From Tenericutes bacterium ADurb.Bin087 (GTDB taxonomy: Bacteria; Bacillota_I; Bacilli_A; RFN20; CAG-826), in contig MWEF01000004.1 in assembly GCA_002070905.1 (NCBI GenBank), positions 8,190 through 72,189 on the forward strand: a DNA stretch of 64,000 nt, given 5' to 3'. The position numbers and the translations under genes are program-made. The stretch's first letter is position 1; the number at the start of each line of letters is the position of its first letter. This document shows, piece after piece, positions 25,202-34,100 of this stretch. The notes under the pieces were generated by a model. It was given only the letters and a program-made list of their open reading frames with translations. It made no database searches and was not told where the DNA came from.

Positions 25202-27877
25202 TTATAATTTAGTAACGAGCACACTCCAAGCGGGAAGCGATGTCTTACTTGCGCCTTCAATACTAAGTATTACCGTTCCAGGTAAGTTTAAGCTACTTAA
25301 CGTTGCGTTACGTAAATTAATATAAACATGATAAGTTTCGCCATTTAGTTCACGTTTAAAGGCAAAAACGTTATTGTTATTTGCGTATTGACTTAAGGGT
25401 AGCGGAGCGTAACTACCAAACTTAAAGGCATCAGTTGCGCTCTTAAGGGCGGTTAATTTCTGCATACGGCTAAACATTGAATTTGTGTCAACGTTTTGCT
25501 CACTAACACCATTAAGGAGTGTATTATATTCGTCCCACGCGACATCAAAGGTTTGCGCACCCGTAAAGGAATAACGCGTTGTCCTTGTATCAGCACCTGC
25601 TTTATCCCATTTCATTGGTTGTCGGAAGATACGATCAATATTTGGATCTTGCAATGTTGCCCCACTGGGAAGATTGCTTGCAAGCCCTAATTCATCACCG
25701 TAATATATCCACGATAGTCCCGGTAAAAGCATAATTCCACTCATGTAGGCGATTGATTGCTTTTCGACTAATGTTTTATTACTAAGCGTGACGTCACCTG
25801 GGCGCGTAATTTCCCCGGCACTATTAAGCCACCCAATTGCTTGGTTAATTGCCCGCGTAACGTCGTGATTGCTCGTAAAAAGACTATCCACTGCTGCGCC
25901 ACTAGTGGCGGCACCTTGAGTTCGATATTGGTTATAAGCTTTATAAGTATCATTGTAATTCCACTTACCACCATAACTTAGACCTGCTTCACTGAAGGTA
26001 TCACTACCACTTGTGTTCGCACCACTTACAATCGCGGCTTTGTTATAGTGCCAAAAATCTTGAATTCCACCCATTGAGGTTGCTTGACTTAAGTTGTAAT
26101 ACATATAGAAATTAAGCATCCCGTCAAGCCCTTCGTAATAAGGCGCAACGTGATAAGCATGACCATCAAAATTTTCGCCAACGATAAAGACATTTGGATC
26201 AATTGCTTTAAGTCTAGCGTTAATTTCACGGAAGAGATGTAAGTTCTTTGTTAGGTTTGAGGAATAATCTTCACCTGAAACTTTATCAGTATCTTTAATA
26301 ATTTTATCGCCCGCCTGTGTCGCGACTTCTTCTTTCATGTACGCGTGTTTAACGGCGTCAATACGGAAGCCACTCACCCCGGCGTTCACCCATTTACTCA
26401 TAATATCAACAATCTTATCGCGTGTTTTTTGGTAATCAAAGTTAAATTCCGGCATTGAACTTGCAAACTTCCCGTAGTAATAATAATTGTAATTAGAATA
26501 CTGATACCAATTACTATTTTCTTTAAAGTTCCGCCAGTGGTAATAAGCACGGAACTCTGGATTTAGACTTAAACTTTCTTGGAATAATAGATTATTAATT
26601 GAAGTATGATTAATGACTAAATCCATGACAACAGCGATCTCGCGTTCTCTTGCCGCACTTAATAGTTCTAAGTAATCAGCGTTTGCGCTCTCTTGCGTAA
26701 TTTCCCCGTCCACGGCATGCGGACTCGTTTTAGAGCCAAACTTTGGATCAATATTATAATAATCAATCGTGTCATAGCCGTGATAACTATCACTAACTTG
26801 GACAGGTGTTAACCAAATCGCTTCAACATTTAATGATTCAAGATAATCAAGACTTAAGGTAATTCCGCGGATATCGCCAAAGCCGTCACCATCACTATCA
26901 GCGAAAGATCCAACCATAATTTGGTAGCCAACCCCTTTATTTTTCATTAACGGACTAGTTGCGGACACAGCCATCGGTGTCGCGCTTGAATCAACGTTAT
27001 TATATTTTGAAGATAAGCTATTCCCATCATCATGTTCATAAGGATTATCATAAACTTCACCACCATAGCGGTAGGTAAAGTTTCGCGTATTCTCTTGGAC
27101 CGCAAAGACGTGTAAGGAGCCGTTTAATGCGTATTCTGCAGCTTCTTTCGTTGATAAAAACTTATCGCCACCATCACTCGTCCAGTGTGTCCCTTGACTG
27201 CGGGATGGTTTATAAGTAATTAAAAAGCCAATTTTATCGACGAGTTTTTCATCAGGACTAAAGTTTACTGTTTCGTTTGTTTTATTACCCTTGCCATCAT
27301 GGCCGCCATCGGTATAAACAGCACCGAGATCAACTTCAATCATCGCGCCGCCATATTTATCCGTTTTAATACTCGCGCCATCTTTCACAAAATCAAACAT
27401 CCTACCCGTATGACGATCTGGCCACACCCAAATATCCCACTCCGCATATTCATCTGCGGTGTTATTAAATCTTAAGTAGTGTATATAGAGATGATTCGGC
27501 TTACTTGTCGCGGCAAGGTGATCATTATAAGCCGCAATTTCATCAAGTGATTGGGCTTCCCACTTTGCGTATAAGACAACATCACGTTCTGGCATCACGT
27601 TAAAGACAAATGCTACTTCCCATGTTCCTTTATCTTCAAACCAATCGACAAAGTTATAACCTTGACGCAATGGATCACTTGGTTTAGTAATAGTTGCACC
27701 AGCTTCAGCGGTAATCGGCGCAACACTTGTGCCCCCTTCACTATAGAAAGTAATCGTATATAAATCAGCAATACTTGTTTCACTTTGACTTACGTCTTCG
27801 CTTGATAACTTATTACCACAGCCAGTAAGCGTAAGTATACCAAGTAAGAATAGTATTAACGGTTTTCGTTTTCTCAT
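25202..27877 (-). CDS. GH13 alpha-amylase-family lipoprotein with a Listeria-Bacteroides (Flg_new) repeat and a CBM41-like module
   Basis: Lipobox LTLTGC. Flg_new-like segment YTITFYSEGGTSVAPITAEAGATITKPSDPLRQGYNFVDWF...VVLYAKW. CBM41-like segment HLYIHYLRFNNTADEYAEWDIWVWP. GH13 regions DGDGFGDIRG, VMDLVINHTS, GFRIDAVKH, IVGENFD, FTSNHDVTR. Confidence 0.9.
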   Translation of the reverse strand: MRKRKPLILFLLGILTLTGCGNKLSSEDVSQSETSIADLYTITFYSEGGTSVAPITAEAGATITKPSDPLRQGYNFVDWFEDKGTWEVAFVFNVMPERDVVLYAKWEAQSLDEIAAYNDHLAATSKPNHLYIHYLRFNNTADEYAEWDIWVWPDRHTGRMFDFVKDGASIKTDKYGGAMIEVDLGAVYTDGGHDGKGNKTNETVNFSPDEKLVDKIGFLITYKPSRSQGTHWTSDGGDKFLSTKEAAEYALNGSLHVFAVQENTRNFTYRYGGEVYDNPYEHDDGNSLSSKYNNVDSSATPMAVSATSPLMKNKGVGYQIMVGSFADSDGDGFGDIRGITLSLDYLESLNVEAIWLTPVQVSDSYHGYDTIDYYNIDPKFGSKTSPHAVDGEITQESANADYLELLSAAREREIAVVMDLVINHTSINNLLFQESLSLNPEFRAYYHWRNFKENSNWYQYSNYNYYYYGKFASSMPEFNFDYQKTRDKIVDIMSKWVNAGVSGFRIDAVKHAYMKEEVATQAGDKIIKDTDKVSGEDYSSNLTKNLHLFREINARLKAIDPNVFIVGENFDGHAYHVAPYYEGLDGMLNFYMYYNLSQATSMGGIQDFWHYNKAAIVSGANTSGSDTFSEAGLSYGGKWNYNDTYKAYNQYRTQGAATSGAAVDSLFTSNHDVTRAINQAIGWLNSAGEITRPGDVTLSNKTLVEKQSIAYMSGIMLLPGLSWIYYGDELGLASNLPSGATLQDPNIDRIFRQPMKWDKAGADTRTTRYSFTGAQTFDVAWDEYNTLLNGVSEQNVDTNSMFSRMQKLTALKSATDAFKFGSYAPLPLSQYANNNNVFAFKRELNGETYHVYINLRNATLSSLNLPGTVILSIEGASKTSLPAWSVLVTKL

Positions 27878-27913
27878 AGGGTAACTCCTTTAGATAATAT
27901 GAATATATTTATT

Positions 27914-27942
27914 ATTTTAACAATAATAATATGTCTTTTCAA
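27914..27942 (-). promoter_or_regulatory. Candidate promoter of the amylase gene
   Basis: Minus strand reads TTGAAA-17 nt-TGtTAAAAT, with an AAGGAG RBS upstream of the ATG. Confidence 0.55.
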
Positions 27943-28055
27943 CGCTAGTTGCGAGCTCATTGCTTAATTTACGAGGTAAGAACGATAAATTAGTCATAAC
28001 TTTTAGAAAAAAGCGAAGCATTGCGACCTAGCTCAATGAATATTCTAATTAATGC

Positions 28056-28151
28056 CTAATTGACGTTTCGTCTTCTTGCTAAAAAATAATAACCTATGCT
28101 TAATGTTGCCACACTAATGAAAGAAATAATTGTTAATGTTAGGTTTAAAAT
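28056..28151 (-). pseudogene. Possible orphan remnant of a C-terminal TM anchor
   Basis: A 32-codon open frame with no start codon reads ILNLTLTIISFISVATLSIGYYFLARRRNVN-stop. This is the hydrophobic-helix plus basic-tail plus stop layout seen in six anchored proteins of this region. Confidence 0.25.
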
Positions 28152-28233
28152 TCACATTATTTATCGCCGATGACTAGTTAACAAGAATGATATTCAATCG
28201 TTAAATGTATAAATGATGGAGAATTCATAAAAT

Positions 28234-28242
28234 TGTTATAAT
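28234..28242 (+). promoter_or_regulatory. Extended -10 element for the esterase gene
   Basis: TGTTATAAT lies 21 nt before the ATG, with AAAGGAA as the RBS. Confidence 0.5.
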
Positions 28243-28263
28243 GAGAGGGAAAGGAATGAGAAA

Positions 28264-29559
28264 ATGCAAAAAATAAAACGTTTATTATTATTTACAACGC
28301 TTTTTAGTCTCGCGCTAGTGGGGTGTGGTGAATCTTCAAGTGTGGAGCCAAGTAGTAGCAACATCGAAACTAGTGTCCGTTCAAGTGAGGAGCGGATTAG
28401 ACATCCGCGCATTACTTTTAAAGCGACCAGTCCGCTTGAAATTCCCGCTAATGCGGTCATTAAAATCGCTGGTAACTTTAATGATTGGAATCCGTATAAT
28501 TCCACATTTATTCTTGAACATGAAACGGGAGACATCTACACTTATACTCACGACTTTACCGAAACTGATATCGGGATGACAATTCAATATAAATACATTT
28601 TGCTCTATGATGATCAAACGGAAGCAAACATGTGGGCGAACGTTGAAGGCAATGAAACAGGCGGCGAAGTTGGCAATCGCTCACTTCTGTTGCGCGTCGG
28701 ACGTTATACCCAAGAAGATACAATAAGGAGTTTTAAAAACAATATGAGTGGATCAACAGTGACACGAGGCACTTTAGAAAAAGTTACTTTAATCATGACC
28801 CAATTCGCGGATAATCGCGAACGAACTGTCAGAATTTGGTTGCCAGATGGTTATGACCCAAATAATAAAACCAAAAAATATCCTGTGCTTTATATGCATG
28901 ATGGACAAAATTTATTTGATGCCTATACTTCCTTCTCTGGTGAATGGGAGATTGATGAAGCAATTGGGGCGATGATGGATGAAGGTTACGGAGGAACAAT
29001 TGTCGTTGGAATTGATAATGGCGGCGGTGAAAGATTAAACGAATATTCACCCGCGTCATTCCCGCTTAAAGATGATAATAAAGCTCTAATTCCTAACCCA
29101 TCAGGCGAAAAATACGCGGCTTTTGTCGTGGAAACTGTTAAGCCTTACATTGACGAACATTACAATGTTTTAACTGACAGACAGAATACTGGGCTAGGTG
29201 GATCAAGCATGGGCGGTATCATTAGTTTCTACATGGCACTAGCCTATCCTGAAGTGTTTGGTTATGTTTTACCATTCTCTAGTTCACACTGGCTATATGT
29301 TGATGGTCACATCGGGAACTTTATCAATGAAAAAGTACCCGCTGGTGCTTCAAATTTCCCACGTCTTTATTTCTGGGTTGGTGGGGCCGAAACATCAATT
29401 ACACAATACCCAGGAATGATTAAAAATGCCCTTTTAAATAAGGGATATAATTCCGCTGATATTTATACAACTTCTACTCCTGGAGCGGGTCATAATGAAC
29501 CAGCCTGGGCCGCAGCATTCCCTGCAGCGTATCGCTGGTTAATTAAGTTTAATCAATAG
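28264..29559 (+). CDS. Lipoprotein: CBM20/48-like glycogen/starch-binding module fused to a PF00756-type esterase
   Basis: Lipobox LALVGC. CBM-like segment ITFKATSPLEIPANAVIKIAGNFNDWNP...GDIYTYTHDF. Esterase blocks RTVRIWLPDGYDPNNKTKKYPVLYMHDGQNLFD and the nucleophile motif GLGGSSMGG. Confidence 0.8.
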   Translation: MQKIKRLLLFTTLFSLALVGCGESSSVEPSSSNIETSVRSSEERIRHPRITFKATSPLEIPANAVIKIAGNFNDWNPYNSTFILEHETGDIYTYTHDFTETDIGMTIQYKYILLYDDQTEANMWANVEGNETGGEVGNRSLLLRVGRYTQEDTIRSFKNNMSGSTVTRGTLEKVTLIMTQFADNRERTVRIWLPDGYDPNNKTKKYPVLYMHDGQNLFDAYTSFSGEWEIDEAIGAMMDEGYGGTIVVGIDNGGGERLNEYSPASFPLKDDNKALIPNPSGEKYAAFVVETVKPYIDEHYNVLTDRQNTGLGGSSMGGIISFYMALAYPEVFGYVLPFSSSHWLYVDGHIGNFINEKVPAGASNFPRLYFWVGGAETSITQYPGMIKNALLNKGYNSADIYTTSTPGAGHNEPAWAAAFPAAYRWLIKFNQ

Positions 29560-29732
29560 CTTTGATTTTTATTAATTTTTAAAATAACACCATTTGTTTA
29601 TTTTATAAATCTATTAAGATTGTCATTCTTCTCAAACAACAATTCGAATATTGTGCTCTTAAATAGCGGTTTTTATTTCTGCAAACTTTTATTATTTTAA
29701 AACAACTTTTATTCGTTGCCATGTTTTTATCT

Positions 29733-29819
29733 TGGTGCCTCCGATCGGACTTGAACCGATACAGTATCCCTACTAATGGATTTTGAGTCCATCGCGTCTA
29801 CCACTTCCACCACGGAGGC
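29733..29819 (-). tRNA. tRNA-Leu (anticodon CAA), long variable arm, CCA encoded
   Basis: Minus strand reads GCCTCCGTGGTGGAAGTGGTAGACGCGATGGACTCAAAATCCAT...GGTTCAAGTCCGATCGGAGGCACCA. Acceptor GCCTCCG/CGGAGGC. Anticodon loop CTCAAAA. Confidence 0.93.
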
Positions 29820-29918
29820 ACACGTTAATTATAAAACATAAGCAAAATAAAATATCTTAAAACCATCAAATTATTTTAAAAAGATAATAAATATTCAATG
29901 TCACTTGTTATTTACATT

Positions 29919-29959
29919 CTACTCGAATAATTTGTTAATTTTTAAAGTTTTTCGAGTAG
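29919..29959. repeat. 9-bp perfect inverted repeat with a 23-nt AT-rich loop between the two tRNA genes
   Basis: CTACTCGAA (29919-29927) pairs with TTCGAGTAG (29951-29959). No T-run follows on either strand. Confidence 0.6.
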
Positions 29960-30089
29960 ACTCATTTATAATCATAAATTGCCTTTTTCTATTTTGTGAA
30001 AATGGTCTAATTATTTAGATTATCTTTATTGAATAAAAATGTGAAAAGGCATATTTTTTATGAATCTGAATTTTTGTTTGAAATAAAAA

Positions 30090-30166
30090 TGGTCGGAATG
30101 ACAGGATTCGAACCTGCGACCTTCTGGTCCCGAACCAGACGCACTACCAAGCTGTGCTACATCCCG
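30090..30166 (-). tRNA. tRNA-Pro (anticodon CGG), CCA encoded
   Basis: Minus strand reads CGGGATGTAGCACAGCTTGGTAGTGCGTCTGGTTCGGGACCAGAAGGTCGCAGGTTCGAATCCTGTCATTCCGACCA. Anticodon loop TTCGGGA. Confidence 0.93.
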
Positions 30167-30177
30167 ACTGCACACCT

Positions 30178-30205
30178 ATTATACGCTGTTTTTAGAAATA
30201 ACCAA
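30178..30205 (-). promoter_or_regulatory. Candidate promoter of tRNA-Pro (possibly also tRNA-Leu)
   Basis: Minus strand reads TTGGTT-16 nt-TATAAT, 10 nt before the mature tRNA 5' end. Confidence 0.5.
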
Positions 30206-30263
30206 ACTTTTCGACATAAATAGCGCTTATTTTATACATAAGGATAAACAGAGTCAAAAAATT

Positions 30264-30272
30264 TGCTAAAAT
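30264..30272 (+). promoter_or_regulatory. Extended -10 box placed for a leaderless transcript of the 302-aa gene
   Basis: TGCTAAAAT, then 6 nt (ATTTAT), then the ATG at 30279. No Shine-Dalgarno. Confidence 0.4.
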
Positions 30273-30278
30273 ATTTAT

Positions 30279-31187
30279 ATGGATAGAGAAATAGGGTTTC
30301 GTAAAACCGCAATTAATGAATATCTTGATCGTCTTTTGCGTGCGCTCAATACTTATGAAGGTTATAGCGATGGTTTTCGATTATTAAATAGTGAATTCAT
30401 TAATTATTTAAAAGCGCGATGGGTGCTTTTAGATGACGAAAAGGGGAATGAAATACGCATTAAATTTCAACGAGATCGTGATTATTTGGCGCACCCGTTT
30501 CTAGGTATTGTTATTCGTCAACTTGAAGGCGCAAGAATCCATGTCCCACAACGCGAAGAAACACTTAAATTATTAAAGTGTCATCCTAATTATCCGCTGT
30601 ATAATTTCATTAATTTCGCGTTTACTTTTAACCGTAATGATAAAGATGCTCCCTTTGAAATATTAAGTGAGGACTTTATTAAAATTATTTTTTACTTAAC
30701 AAATAAAAAAGGCTATCCACATTTAGAAAACTTCGATAGTTTCCTTGAACATAAATTGCGGACAAGCGGAGTTAGTATGATTAATCTCGTCTTTGCTAGG
30801 CGCAGTGCATTATTACAAAAGAACATGGATAAAGTTAGTGAACACTTATCTCTCGCCGCGATTCAATCTGGACAAGAACCATATAAATTTCTTGGTCAAC
30901 ATTACTACGAATTAGCGACATTATTTAAAAAATACAACGTTTTTGCGGGAAAACTCTTGCAAAAAGCGGTTGATCTCAAAAATTATGATGCACTACTGCC
31001 GCTCGTTAATTATTATGAAAAAGCAAGTGATGAAAATAATGATTACACTGCTTTAGCGTTCTATTATCTAATCGTAGCGCACCATCTTGGTGTTGCGGGC
31101 GCAAAAGAAAAATTACAAGTTTATTACGAAAAAGGAGGCGCAATGCCTCCAAGTGATGTCATCTTACATAAGTTTTTTAACGACTAA
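30279..31187 (+). CDS. Hypothetical cytoplasmic protein with a Sel1/TPR-like helical-repeat C-terminus
   Basis: 302-aa ORF with no signal peptide or TM. The C-terminal region YYELATLFKKYNVFAGKLLQKAVDLKNYDALLPLVNYYEKASDENNDYTALAFYYLIVAHHLG looks like Sel1-type repeats. No family recognised. Confidence 0.5.
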   Translation: MDREIGFRKTAINEYLDRLLRALNTYEGYSDGFRLLNSEFINYLKARWVLLDDEKGNEIRIKFQRDRDYLAHPFLGIVIRQLEGARIHVPQREETLKLLKCHPNYPLYNFINFAFTFNRNDKDAPFEILSEDFIKIIFYLTNKKGYPHLENFDSFLEHKLRTSGVSMINLVFARRSALLQKNMDKVSEHLSLAAIQSGQEPYKFLGQHYYELATLFKKYNVFAGKLLQKAVDLKNYDALLPLVNYYEKASDENNDYTALAFYYLIVAHHLGVAGAKEKLQVYYEKGGAMPPSDVILHKFFND

Positions 31188-34100
31188 TTACATAAAGTCA
31201 AATAAGCTAATTTGATTGCTTTCCGGGAGATTGTCGAGCACTCCTAATTCTTTTAAATTTTCAATATTTGAAGTATTTAAACGTGTGCGTTCCACTAAGT
31301 CTTCAATCGAAATAAAGGCACCTTCTTTGCGGGCTTCGACAACGCTTTCCGCTGCTGCTTCGCCCAGTGCTCTAATGACGATAAAGGGCGGAATGATTTG
31401 ATTATTAGCGTGGTCAACAACAAAGTTTTTAGCTTCACTCTTATAGAGATTAATATTGGAAACTTTGAAGCCGCGATTAAGCATTTCAATTGTTAGCTGT
31501 AAGTTCTCCACAATGTTACTATCACGCGGATTTAATTCTGCTTTGCGGCGTTGTTCTTCAAATTCTTCAAGCACACGGAGAATTTCTGTTTCACCACTAA
31601 TCATTGTTTTAAGATCAAAGTTATCACCGCGAATGGTAAAGAAAGTCGCATAATATTCAAGCGGATAATAAAGTTTAAACCACGCTACTTTGACCGCCAT
31701 AATCACATAAGCTGCAGCGTGTGCGCGCGGGAAAAGATATTCAATTTTCTTACATGAATCAATGTAATACTGCGGTACACCAGCTTCGCGCATCTTTGTT
31801 TCAAGACTCTCTTCCACACCACGGCCTTTTCGCACTGATTCCATAATATTAAAGGCATCTTTTTCATGTAAGTTTTGCCGAATTAAGAATGTCATAATAT
31901 CATCACGACACCCAATTACTTCACCAAGTGTTGCTTGTTTAGAACTAATCAGTTCATCAGCGTTAAAACGCCACACCCCAGTCCCGTGACTTAAACCCGA
32001 GATAATAACAAGGTCATTAAATGTTTTTGGCTCAGCATCTGCTAAAAGTTGGCGCACAAAGTTTGTGCCAAATTCAGGAAGTCCTAAAGCCCCTGTTACT
32101 TCACCGAGTGGGTTGCTCTTTAATTTAAGCGCTTCGTGGCTTGAAAATAAGGAAATAGTTGCCCTATCATTCGTGGGCACATCTTCAAATTTCACACCAG
32201 TTAAGTCACAAAGCATTTTTAAACTAACGGGGTCTTTATGCCCTAATAAGTCAAGTTTTAATAAGTTATCATGAATTGAATCATAATCAAAATGTGTCGT
32301 TAACCAGTCGCTCTCAATATTACCCGCTGGGTATTGCACTGGAGTAAAATCATAAACTTCATATTCGCCAGGAATGACAACAATCCCGCCAGGGTGTTGG
32401 CCAGTTGTCCGTTTAACACCCGCGATATGATAAGCAAGATACGCAACATTATCATTATTTAATTCGTCGCGCATGATCCCTTGTTTTTCATAATAATTTA
32501 ACACATGACCAAACGCTGTTCGTTCGGCAACAGTTTGAATAGTGCCTGCTCTAAAGGCATTATTTTCACCCACAAGTTCTTTCGTAAAGTTATGTGCTTC
32601 TTTTTGGAAGTCTTCGGGGAAGTTAAGGTCAATATCTGGAATTTTATCGGCTTCAAAACCAAGGAACGTCTCAAAGGGAATATTTTGCCCTTCACCCGTT
32701 AAAGGATGACCGCATTCGGGGCATGTTGCCGCTTCTAAGTCATAGCCTGATAAGGCCTTTTCTTCATTACGGAAATTACTATATTTACAATTTGGGCAGA
32801 AATAATGTGGTGGTAGCGGGTTAACTTCGGAAACTTTTGCAAAATAAGCGACAACACTAGAGCCAACACTACCGCGACTACCAACAATAAAACCTTCGTC
32901 ATTCGCTTTTTTCACAATTAAGTGTGCAAGATAATAAATAACTGCATACCCGTTATTAATAATCCCTGTTAATTCACGATGAATACGATCTTCGATTAAG
33001 GAAGGAAGCGGATTACCATATATTTCATACGCTGTTGTGAACACTAAATTTTCCAGTAATTCATCAACATTTTCAATTGAAGGTTTGTATAGTTCTTTTG
33101 TAAAGGGGGTTATTTTTTCCACTAGGTCATTAATGCGGTGCGGATTATTAATAATCATGTCCGTTAATTCTTCCTCAGTAAATACACCAAACTTCCGCAT
33201 TTCCTCAAACATTTCAGTTGTCGAGCGATAATGTTGATTTGGATTTTCAAATGGTGGCCGTTTATCACGGTCATAAGGATTAAGCGGGTGATTAACATTC
33301 TTTAACCCTTTAGCGACAATATACACATCACGGAACACCTTTTGACTAGGAAGCGCATAATGCACGTCCCCCGTGGCCACAAGCGGTTTCCCTAACTTCT
33401 GGGCAGCAATTTTGATATCACCAATTACTTTTTTTAAGTGTTCTTCACTATCTAATTCACCCATATTAATTAAATATGAATAATTGCTATATGGTTGAAT
33501 TTCGATGAAGTCATAAAATTCCATAACCTTAAGCAACATGTCTTCATCAAAGCGCGCTGCTGTTTCAAACACTTCACCATTAAAACAACTTGAACCGATG
33601 AGCAAATTATCACGATGACTTAAAAGCATTGACCGTGGTGTTTTTGGAATATCCGTGGAAAATTCTGTATGCGAAACACTAACTAGTTTATATAAATCAC
33701 GGAGCCCTGCTTTATTTTTAACGTAAACTGTTGCATGCGCGGGCCATAAATATTGAAGTGCGGCTTGAGTTAGTTTTAAATCCGCAAGGGCGGCATGTGT
33801 TAAATATGGATTGTCTGCCGTAAGTTTAGTGAGCATTGCTTGCCAAATACTATTTAACACTTCCGCATCATAATCAGCGCGGTGCGCACCATCTTCATCA
33901 TAAAATACCTCTAAATTGCGGGCTAAAACACCTAAACGGTGACCACGAGACTCGGGGAATAAATAGCGTGATAACGCTAAAGTATCAATCGTTGGATTGT
34001 TAAGTGGATGACGCCCTCTCTTCCGTAAATTAGCGTTTAAAAACCCCAAATCAAATTCAGCATTATGTGACACTAAAATATCATCACCTAAAAAGTCTAG

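Noticed and set aside
12967-28263. A search for CcpA cre boxes in the promoter regions 12967-13192, 17911-18137 and 27878-28263.
   Set aside because: I found no sequence matching TGWAANCGNTNWCA with at most two mismatches by eye. A computational scan is still needed.
30029-30223. A 64-aa plus-strand ORF.
   Set aside because: It is the antisense reading of tRNA-Pro(CGG) and its flanks.
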